Part shown: positions 6,798 through 13,845 of the stretch, in pieces
How positions within the stretch are numbered: the stretch's first letter is position 1
Layout of the letters: every line of letters begins with the position of its first letter
IMG/VR virus record: IMGVR_UViG_2778261499_000007
DNA length: 14,225 bases
Source of the DNA: a virus
Lineage: Duplodnaviria > Heunggongvirae > Uroviricota > Caudoviricetes
Reading direction: 5' to 3' (one strand)
Made by a program: the position numbers and the translations under genes
Notes under the pieces: model-generated
What the model saw: the letters and a program-made list of their open reading frames with translations, nothing else
What the model was told of the DNA's origin: nothing
The model's database searches: none

Positions 6798-6826
6798 GCC
6801 TAAAGAGCATTAGCGACTCTTTAGGC
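6798..6826. other. Perfect 10-bp stem hairpin (GCCTAAAGAG-N9-CTCTTTAGGC), part of a highly structured ORF-free stretch (about 6790-7100)
   Basis: Exact inverted repeat. Nearby are GGTGAC-N21-GTCACC (6840-6872), TTAAGCC-tct-GGCTTAA, GTCCGGA-N20-TCCGGAC and tandem 17-mers at 6826-6843 and 6873-6889. Confidence 0.5.
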
Positions 6827-7231
6827 AATCTGTGTGTGGGGTGACAATGTATTCCATACATGACACGTCACCCAATTGTGTGTGGGGTGCTTACAGCACT
6901 TAAGCCTCTGGCTTAACCCTTCGGGCCTCTGTGTGGGAAGCGTAGTGCGATAGCACGTAGCTTTATAATGTGGAGTCCGGATAAGAGACTTCTGTTTCCA
7001 ATCCGGACCGTTTAAGCGAGGGATTCCGCTCGCCCGTGTATGCACACACGTAATAGGACGCTCAGAAATCGATTTTAAGGCCCAAAACGGGGCCTACAGC
7101 AACCTAAACCATACTCCATAGTGCAATTGCATTGCCTGATGCTTAAATCGCGTTGTAGGGCATCTCATGAGGTTTGAGTTTAACACCCTCCAAAGTTTTA
7201 ACAAAAAGTGCTCTCCCTCCATTGTGGGCCA

Positions 7232-7261
7232 TTGACAATCTTATTGCATAAATGCTATAAG
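7232..7261 (+). promoter_or_regulatory. Sigma70-like promoter (TTGACA-N18-TATAAG)
   Basis: Consensus -35 hexamer with a 5-of-6 match -10 at 18-nt spacing. One of five (A/T)TTGACAAT-type repeats in 7230-7560. Confidence 0.4.
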
Positions 7262-7551
7262 TGATTCTGGTTTTGACACGGTAGGGGCCATTAATAATGT
7301 TTACCCCTTTGCTGTGGACTTGCTTGCACCTATAGCACACCTAAATGATAATAATTCTCATTGACAATTGGTTGACAATATGATAAGATTATAAATAGGG
7401 GGAGAAACAGATCCGGAGGTCAATGTGGAAATTACTGATGCAATAGCGATCATCAACCTGGCTGTACTGTGGTGCGGTGTTGCCTACATAGCCGGAGTAA
7501 CTGCAATCGACAATCTCGAAGAAAAAATGATAGATAAATACAAAAAGATTG

Positions 7552-7580
7552 TTGACAATTTGACGAATGTCTGATAAAAT
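7552..7580 (+). promoter_or_regulatory. Sigma70-like promoter (TTGACA-N17-TAAAAT) about 125 nt upstream of the 7706 gene
   Basis: Consensus -35 and near-consensus -10 at optimal spacing, oriented toward the replication gene block. Confidence 0.45.
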
Positions 7581-7705
7581 ATAAAGCATAGGGTAATTCT
7601 CATCATAGTGAATTTCCTTAAACAAAAATGCGGGGGCTTGTCTTAAGTTCCCGTTTCTTTTTAACCGTATATCGCACAGGCGGTGAGCTGACAGGAGATT
7701 GAATC

Positions 7706-7915
7706 ATGGCTAAAACCGGACCGATAAGCCAGCTGGTAAACTGGACTACTGACGAAATCGTCGAGAACGTGCTTAAAGGTAACTTTCGAAAAACTTCCGT
7801 TTATGCATTTATTCGTAAACACAAAGGGGAATACCCACATATTGAAGCGGCAATAGAAAAACTTAACTTTATCCGCATTGAGCGTGAGCTGGAAAGATAT
7901 AAACATCTACTTTGA
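7706..7915 (+). CDS. Small hypothetical protein, 69 aa (possible regulator)
   Basis: ORF track; AGGAGA RBS with 7-nt spacing; first gene of the plus-strand block that continues into the Rep-like genes. Confidence 0.45.
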   Translation: MAKTGPISQLVNWTTDEIVENVLKGNFRKTSVYAFIRKHKGEYPHIEAAIEKLNFIRIERELERYKHLL

Positions 7916-7939
7916 TAAATAATCTTGGAGGATCATATT

Positions 7940-8326
7940 ATGGCAAATAACGATGAAAATTTTACTCCCTTTTTTAAACGTTTCATCAAATACACTTTTA
8001 AAAATCCGATTGCAAAAACTGCAACCAATAAAGAAAGATTTCACTTAAATGTGTTGGAGGTAACAATTTATGGTGAAATGGTAAGTTATTCTTTTAAGGA
8101 GGGTGAAGAAATAATTATCTCAGAGCTCTCGACGCAGACATTAGCAGACGATTATGATGTTACAGAGAAAACAGTAAGGTCGGCTATCAAAACATTAGAG
8201 GCTGCAGGTCTGATAAACGTTAAACGAGAACAGGGCAAATCGAATATCTACGAATTGCTAATTACCCCTGATCAGCTTGGCAAGATGTGCGATGAGCAGG
8301 GTATTAGAGAATATTTTATATATTAA
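7940..8326 (+). CDS. Rep-like winged-helix protein, short paralog (about 128 aa); replication-initiator-type HTH
   Basis: Segment ISELSTQTLADDYDVTEKTVRSAIKTLEAAGLINVKREQGKSNIYELL fits the winged-helix pattern of phage/plasmid replication initiators. GGAGG RBS before the ATG at 7940 (track start 7925 is a TTG). Paralogous to the next gene. Confidence 0.5.
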   Translation: MANNDENFTPFFKRFIKYTFKNPIAKTATNKERFHLNVLEVTIYGEMVSYSFKEGEEIIISELSTQTLADDYDVTEKTVRSAIKTLEAAGLINVKREQGKSNIYELLITPDQLGKMCDEQGIREYFIY

Positions 8327-8337
8327 TGGGGGGAACT

Positions 8338-9258
8338 ATGGCAGGAAATAAACTGGGGGCACCTTTTACCCCCTCTTTCGATTTCTTTATTCAGTATGAT
8401 TTTGATAAACCAGTAGCAACAACAATTTCTAATAAAAAGACTGGAACAGTTAAAGAGCGCTTCTATTTAACAGACTTTGAAATGTTGATTTATGGAAAAA
8501 TGGTGGGATTTCATTTTAACGGTGAGGGAATTTATATTTCAGAGCAAAAACTGGCAACTCAACTCAGAAAGGATCGCGGGAAAATAGTAAGCGCTATTAA
8601 ATCTCTGGAAAATGCCGGGCTTATTTCTAAAGATAGCCGGAAAGGCATGTCTAATAATTACAAATTGCTGAAAACCCCTGATCAATTGTTGGATATGTGC
8701 ATTGAGAAGGGCGTAAATATTCCAGAAGGCATCTTAGAGACTTTCGGAAAGACTGCCGCTAAAGTAGAACAGCCTCAGGAAGCCCCAAAACAAGCCACAC
8801 AGCAAGCTAAAAAGGCTAAAGTAGTGCAATTGCCTACCCAAGACACTAAAGCGCCTCAAATTAACGCTGTTAGTGACAAGCCACGCCGGGGCCGTCCTGT
8901 GAAAGATGTCACCGATGGAGGCTGGATCGTCCTGGGTGAGAGTGAGGCTAAAGGCATAATGCGATCACTGTGGGAAAGCAAATACAAAGATTTAAACAAA
9001 CGTCGCCCGATCCTTTTGTCAAAGATTCAGGAGGATTTTTACACCGCAGAAGAGGTAAGCCAACATAAAGGGAAAAGAGAGGGTGAAATCTGGAAACCGG
9101 AAGAATACTGGCATTTAACCAGACCTGTGTTTATTTTTGCAAATAAGCTTATTGGGATGGGATTTGAAATATTGTTGGATAAAACCTGCGGAGATTATCC
9201 CGAAATATTGTGGAGAAATGTTAGAAAAAATAAAAAAGGCATTTTAGAGTTTAAATAA
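8338..9258 (+). CDS. Rep-like replication initiator, long paralog (about 306 aa) with a C-terminal extension
   Basis: N-terminal 120 aa parallels the preceding gene (MA.N...FTP.F...; ...SAIKSLENAGLISKDSRKGMSNNYKLL). The previous stop overlaps an upstream ATG at 8326 (TAATG); 8338 is preceded by a G-rich SD. Iterons lie upstream. Confidence 0.5.
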   Translation: MAGNKLGAPFTPSFDFFIQYDFDKPVATTISNKKTGTVKERFYLTDFEMLIYGKMVGFHFNGEGIYISEQKLATQLRKDRGKIVSAIKSLENAGLISKDSRKGMSNNYKLLKTPDQLLDMCIEKGVNIPEGILETFGKTAAKVEQPQEAPKQATQQAKKAKVVQLPTQDTKAPQINAVSDKPRRGRPVKDVTDGGWIVLGESEAKGIMRSLWESKYKDLNKRRPILLSKIQEDFYTAEEVSQHKGKREGEIWKPEEYWHLTRPVFIFANKLIGMGFEILLDKTCGDYPEILWRNVRKNKKGILEFK

Positions 9259-9275
9259 AAACACTGATAATCTTA

Positions 9276-9289
9276 TTTTTTTTTTTTTT
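9276..9289. repeat. Homopolymeric T tract (14 T)
   Basis: Seen directly in the sequence between the Rep gene stop and the 9307 ORF. Confidence 0.8.
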
Positions 9290-9306
9290 GTTTAAGGAAA
9301 TTTAAA

Positions 9307-9453
9307 ATGTATGGCGATTTTGATTATTACCTGGAAAAGGAAAAATATTTTGAAGATGAACTATCACAACATTTTTCATATTGGGAAGAATATTGTGGTT
9401 GGTTAGCTGAAGATCCAGCAGATGAAGAAAATGATTCTGACATCCCTTATTAA
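9307..9453 (+). CDS. Small, strongly acidic, aromatic-rich protein, 48 aa (MYGDFDYYLEKEKYFEDELSQHFSYWEEYCGWLAEDPADEENDSDIPY)
   Basis: Below the ORF-track cutoff; translated by hand. AAGGAAA RBS about 7 nt upstream; composition dominated by Asp/Glu/Tyr/Trp. Confidence 0.35.
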   Translation: MYGDFDYYLEKEKYFEDELSQHFSYWEEYCGWLAEDPADEENDSDIPY

Positions 9454-9551
9454 TTAATATCCCCTGTTATCCCCAAACAAACTAAATAAATAAACTAAGC
9501 ACTAGAACTAGATTGATTGCCCTGATCTTTTAAACGTTCGGAGAATTAATC

Positions 9552-10040
9552 ATGTTCAAATCTGATCTTTCTGATTCCCAATTTGAAAAACTGGTAGCAC
9601 TGCAGAAATATCTCCCCAGTGATGATCAACCAACACGACAGGCTAAACACTTATTAGTCGAGGGCTTTACCCCTGAATTCGTGGCGGAATATACAGGCGT
9701 TAAACTTGAGAAAGTCCAAAAACTATATAATGAGTCCTGGAATCCACGGTGTCGAGTTCCCCTCAGTGTCTACAACGAAATAGATAGAGATAGAAATGTC
9801 TTCGAAGATCGCCGCCGCAAATCTCTTTTAATGTGGAATTGTGGGATGAATATTGAAGAGATAGCAAAAGAATTAAAAGTAACCTGCTTTCATATCTGGG
9901 GCTTGTTGAGTGAAATCCTACCACGTAAGGAGCTTAATCAACGTTTGCCTAAGCCCGGTAGTCGTGCTTATCGCGAATTTATATTCATCTACCGCCGCCA
10001 TAGCAATAAAGTCCGGAAAGCAATGGCCCAGAAAGCCTAA
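9552..10040 (+). CDS. Hypothetical protein, 162 aa, with two HTH-like segments (possible DNA-binding or regulatory protein)
   Basis: ORF track; GGAGA RBS; basic C-terminus; HTH-like stretches FTPEFVAEYTGVKLEKVQKLY and MNIEEIAKELKVTCFHIWGLL. Confidence 0.45.
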   Translation: MFKSDLSDSQFEKLVALQKYLPSDDQPTRQAKHLLVEGFTPEFVAEYTGVKLEKVQKLYNESWNPRCRVPLSVYNEIDRDRNVFEDRRRKSLLMWNCGMNIEEIAKELKVTCFHIWGLLSEILPRKELNQRLPKPGSRAYREFIFIYRRHSNKVRKAMAQKA

Positions 10041-10113
10041 GTTTTATCTCTTCGATTTATTTATTTTCGACTCACTTTAACCCCTTCCGGGGCTCTAATT
10101 TAAGGAATTCCAA

Positions 10114-10557
10114 ATGTCTCAAATCGCTAAATTACTATCCCAGGTTATCAAAGCTTTCGACGCTGAAGATTCAAAAGTTCGCCAGGATCTTTTAGATGGC
10201 AAGTTTACCAACACCCTGGCATTTACCCGTGACAAAGAGCACTTCTTAAAACACAGACACCACGCTTTTGCTGAATGCAAGTCCGCTAATGGTGATGTTT
10301 TCTATGTCGATTTGGTGGTTATGGCATGTAGATTGTGGATGATTCAGGACCTTATGCGCCAACACGGTGATGATCCTCTTATCAGCATGTGGAACAGCGC
10401 CCAGGATGGCTTTGTGATTGCTGCCTTATCCAAATCAATGATTGAGGCAGAAGGGGCAAGCCTTCAGAACATGGCAGATCTCTTTGAAATAAGCGTAGGA
10501 ATGATGCAGACCATGCTCCAAGCTGTCAAACCTCTCAAACTGGTTAATCTTGATTAA
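10114..10557 (+). CDS. Hypothetical protein, 147 aa
   Basis: ORF track; AAGGAA RBS with 7-nt spacing; no recognisable motif. Confidence 0.45.
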   Translation: MSQIAKLLSQVIKAFDAEDSKVRQDLLDGKFTNTLAFTRDKEHFLKHRHHAFAECKSANGDVFYVDLVVMACRLWMIQDLMRQHGDDPLISMWNSAQDGFVIAALSKSMIEAEGASLQNMADLFEISVGMMQTMLQAVKPLKLVNLD

Positions 10558-10618
10558 GCTATTGATAAATAAGCACTCCCCATTTTTTTGGGGGGTGCAT
10601 CAATGAGAGGATATGCCT

Positions 10619-11002
10619 ATGAATATTGAAGAAATGATAGTTGAATTCGAAGATGGTGATTTCCTGGAAGATGGGGAGTTTAAATACTCCCGTTTTAAAC
10701 AGGCGTTATTTAGCAGTGAGGATAAACCACACGTTAGTGATCTTAACGACGATGATTTATGTCGTTGGGTATGCACCCGCTTATATGAGGATGGAAAATA
10801 TACAGGCCAAAACTTTCCAAATCTCTATTTCAAAGCACAAACATTTGAGGAAGGGCAAAGAGTGAAAAACCTGGTAGATAAAATGCTTTCAGCCGGATAT
10901 TTGCATAAAGAATTATTAAATCCTAAAGCTGAAAGCAAGCGCCATTATATTTTTGTGTGGTCTGTGGGGGATAAGTGCCCACTGAAGCGTAAAGGCAAAT
11001 GA
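10619..11002 (+). CDS. Acidic hypothetical protein, about 127 aa; possible tail assembly chaperone by position upstream of the tape-measure gene
   Basis: GAGAGGA RBS is correctly spaced for the ATG at 10619 (track start 10613 is too close to the SD). Acidic composition and tight packing against the next two genes. Confidence 0.4.
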   Translation: MNIEEMIVEFEDGDFLEDGEFKYSRFKQALFSSEDKPHVSDLNDDDLCRWVCTRLYEDGKYTGQNFPNLYFKAQTFEEGQRVKNLVDKMLSAGYLHKELLNPKAESKRHYIFVWSVGDKCPLKRKGK

Positions 11003-11003
11003 T

Positions 11004-11189
11004 ATGAATACCTACGAAAAGATTTATCAAAAATTAAAAAGTGATAACAATGCTCCCGTCATCAAGGGCGGGGCTTCTTCCTCTGGTGACCTCTCAATCG
11101 AAGAGCTTGCGGAGAAATATAATATTGATAAAGAGGCCCTGAAAAGGGCTATTTCATTATCAAAATCTTTAAGACAAGGCGAGGTATAA
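11004..11189 (+). CDS. Small hypothetical protein, 61 aa, immediately upstream of the tape-measure gene
   Basis: ORF track; ATG 1 nt after the previous stop; its stop lies 1 nt before the tape-measure ATG. Confidence 0.35.
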   Translation: MNTYEKIYQKLKSDNNAPVIKGGASSSGDLSIEELAEKYNIDKEALKRAISLSKSLRQGEV

Positions 11190-11190
11190 A

Positions 11191-13293
11191 ATGGCAATGA
11201 AGGAAGTAGCCAAGCTAACAAACGTTATTTACTGGGATTCTGATAAATCCAGCTGGCGAAAAGAAGTTAAACGGCTTGAGGATTATAAAAAATCCTGGAA
11301 GAAAGCTACCGACGATATAGCTAAAGCGGATTTTAAATCTAATCAGGCTGTGCTCAGAACACAAAGAACACGCGCTAAGGTGGAAGAGCAGATCGCCAGA
11401 GCACAGAAGAAACAACGTGCTCAGGCTGTCAGCCGTCTGACCGGGGGCAATAATCCGGAGCTCTCCTCTATGCGCAAGTTCTATCAGCAGCAAGCCAGAG
11501 AGGCCGCCAGACAACAAAAACTGTTAGATCGTAGTGTTGGAGATGTTCAGCACAGAAAAGCACGTGTAGGGGCCAACAGTGCACGAATCAGCAGCATGTT
11601 TGATGGCTCCCTGGTTGCTCAGTTCCAATCCAGAATTCAGAGAGTTAATGCTGATTATGCTAAAGGGGCTATTAACCTGCAGACCTATAATCAGAAAATG
11701 GCCCGACTCAGATCTGAAATGAAGATGGCAACAGCAGAGGCCGGAAAATTTCAGAGCAGACTAGACAAAGCTGCGGTAGCAGGATCAAAGCTGCATGACA
11801 ACCTGGGCAAACTCAACTCCACACTAGGCAAGATAGCTATTGGCCTTACTGCCGCTGGCTGGGGTGTTCAGCGTGCTGTTAGTGGTGCTATGGGTAGCCT
11901 TGCAGATCGCAACAGTGCGTATTTCAGCTTAATGGCCCAGAACAAGGATGATAAAGAAAAAACTGATCAGCAGATGGCCTACGTCAAAAGAATCTCTTAT
12001 GACTACGGGATGGATCAGCGTGAGACTGAAGGCGGCTTTATGCGCTTTGCTGCAGCCACACCAAGCATAAAAGAGAAAGATAAGCAGGATCTCTTTGAGG
12101 CTATGGCGATTAAAGGCCGATCAGTGGGTGCTACCGCAGACCAACAGAACAGGGCTATCGTTGCACTAGGACAAATATATAGCAAGGGCGGTCGAGTGTA
12201 TGCGGAAGAGCTTAAGGGCCAACTTTCTGAAGCCCTGGCAGGTTCTCAGGTAGATTTCACTAAGGCCGCTATCGATGCCGGAGTCATCAAGAAAGAGGAA
12301 GAATTTAATAAAGCCCTTGAAGATGGCAAGATCACCATGGACAAGCTTCTTCCTTCTCTGGTGAAAATCTGGGGTGCTGCAAAAGAAACTAAAGCTTTTG
12401 CTGAATCCATGAAACAGCCAGAAGTAGCAATGCAGCGCATGAAAAACAGCTTTAACGAGCTGGCGATTCAGTTTATGGGTGTTGTGGATCCTGCAGATGG
12501 CGTTATTAGCTTATCTGAATCTCTAATCTCCATCTTCGAAGACCTCACCACTGATATGGACGGCAGCGGGAGCGCGGCAAAACAGTTCGGTGAGGCAGTC
12601 GGGGCTGCCATGCGGGAGATCATGTATTGGGTAGGCTTCGCTAAGGGATATATCGAGATTAAGGCTAAAGAGTTCGGCATGACCAGTGAGGAAGTCGGAG
12701 GATGGATCGGCAAGCTGGTTGTTGCAATCGCAGGTCTGAAGATCATCGGCACACTTCTTTCTCCGTTTACCGGACTGATTTCACTTGTCACACAGCTGAT
12801 AGCCTTGTTAGGTAAAATCCCTGGTATGAGCAAGCTTCTGGCTTCTGCCTCAGGTGGAACGGCAACAGGAGCAGCGGTCATCAGTGCAGGATCTAACGCT
12901 GAAAGAAGTTTCATTGATGGCAAGACGCAGGAAATGAGTAAGGAGAACTCAAAACAGGGTGCTTTGTTTGAGCTGGGAAGATTTGTTAGCAATGCTGGCG
13001 CACTATTCACACCTGGCGGTGATACTGGTCCTTTGTTCGATCAGGTCAGAGGCTGGTTTAATAAAGGGCCAACATTGACAGTAGACACTGGCATCAGACC
13101 AACACCAACGGGTGGCATAGCTATCCAGAATGGTGGATATCAACCAGTCCAAGTAAATGTAGCCCCACAAGGTGAGATTTCCGGCAAATGGGAGATAACC
13201 ATCGATGAGGGGGGAATTGCCAGGGTAATTCAGAAGGAAGTCAGCGATCAGTTGGATTGGAAAGCCACGCAGGAATCTAACCAGCTTTTCTAA
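11191..13293 (+). CDS. Tail tape measure protein-like, 700 aa
   Basis: Long coiled-coil N-terminal region; segment ADQQNRAIVALGQIYSKGGRVYAEELKGQLSEALAGSQVDF matches the conserved tape-measure domain pattern (SKG...EEL..QL.E.L.G); long hydrophobic helices at about residues 505-560; Gly-rich C-terminus. Confidence 0.7.
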   Translation: MAMKEVAKLTNVIYWDSDKSSWRKEVKRLEDYKKSWKKATDDIAKADFKSNQAVLRTQRTRAKVEEQIARAQKKQRAQAVSRLTGGNNPELSSMRKFYQQQAREAARQQKLLDRSVGDVQHRKARVGANSARISSMFDGSLVAQFQSRIQRVNADYAKGAINLQTYNQKMARLRSEMKMATAEAGKFQSRLDKAAVAGSKLHDNLGKLNSTLGKIAIGLTAAGWGVQRAVSGAMGSLADRNSAYFSLMAQNKDDKEKTDQQMAYVKRISYDYGMDQRETEGGFMRFAAATPSIKEKDKQDLFEAMAIKGRSVGATADQQNRAIVALGQIYSKGGRVYAEELKGQLSEALAGSQVDFTKAAIDAGVIKKEEEFNKALEDGKITMDKLLPSLVKIWGAAKETKAFAESMKQPEVAMQRMKNSFNELAIQFMGVVDPADGVISLSESLISIFEDLTTDMDGSGSAAKQFGEAVGAAMREIMYWVGFAKGYIEIKAKEFGMTSEEVGGWIGKLVVAIAGLKIIGTLLSPFTGLISLVTQLIALLGKIPGMSKLLASASGGTATGAAVISAGSNAERSFIDGKTQEMSKENSKQGALFELGRFVSNAGALFTPGGDTGPLFDQVRGWFNKGPTLTVDTGIRPTPTGGIAIQNGGYQPVQVNVAPQGEISGKWEITIDEGGIARVIQKEVSDQLDWKATQESNQLF

Positions 13294-13395
13294 TGTCCAC
13301 TCTGTGGATTTGAGTTCTACTCAAACCTGCATAGCAGGCACTGATATTGTGATCAAAATCAATAAGTTAGCCTGACCGGACAAACTCCAGGCAAG

Positions 13396-13426
13396 AAAAA
13401 AGCCCCTAAGTGTTAACAAAGGGGCT
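13396..13426 (-). terminator. Rho-independent terminator for minus-strand transcription (AGCCCCT-N12-AGGGGCT followed by six T on the minus strand)
   Basis: Perfect 7-bp stem at 13401-13407 and 13420-13426; the A-run at 13396-13401 on the plus strand gives the U-tail on the minus strand. Confidence 0.55.
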
Positions 13427-13472
13427 CTTCTCCGGTATCCTTTTGATGCGGGGCAAAACCTGCTAACAAAAA

Positions 13473-13487
13473 TCAACCTCTCGCGAG
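13473..13487 (+). promoter_or_regulatory. Conserved motif copy 3 (TCAACCTCTCGCGAG), in the loop of an 11-bp inverted repeat (13458-13468 and 13493-13503)
   Basis: 13 of 15 identical to the motif at 3776 and 4367; not followed by a credible ORF, which argues for function at the DNA or RNA level. Confidence 0.4.
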
Positions 13488-13845
13488 ACTAATGTTAGCA
13501 GGTTGCCGGAAGGTAAGTCAACTCCGGTCTATAAACCTTAAAGCGACTATAAAATCGCCCCGCCAATTGTGATGATCCGACCTTTGAGGCGGGTCCGGTG
13601 CCCAGGGGGTGCAGTGATGCACAAACCAGGCAACGATAAACAGGCTAACAGTGATAGCGGCGCTCAATCAGCGCACTAAATCCTAACCAGTCCGGGAAAG
13701 AGGCTGGCTCTATCGACCGCTCATGCACGGGACAATGCATACCTGATAAAGGATTCTCACAAGGGACCAATCGCGAGAAAGAAGTGGAAAGGGGCTGATT
13801 TGTGGTGTATCACTACGGCCTCAAAAGACATCCTATTGTCTTTTT

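Noticed and set aside
6821-7906. Minus-strand ORFs 6821..7045, 7143..7340, 7389..7625 and 7661..7906
   Set aside because: Short, no RBS, overlap the hairpin-dense region and the TTGACA promoter repeats; 7661..7906 is antisense to the 7706..7915 gene.
10641-10865. Plus-strand ORF 10641..10865
   Set aside because: Alternative frame inside the 10619..11002 gene; hydrophobic, and no RBS.
10986-11006. Programmed frameshift joining 10619..11002 to 11004..11189 (G/GT-type chaperone fusion)
   Set aside because: The downstream frame opens only 18 nt before the stop and would need a +1 shift; no slippery heptamer of the lambda type is visible. Left as two separate ORFs.
11027-13010. Minus-strand ORFs 11027..11221, 11215..11517, 12246..12440 and 12468..13010
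   Set aside because: All lie antisense within or against the 61-aa and tape-measure genes; Ala/Ser/Leu-rich shadow translations; no RBS.
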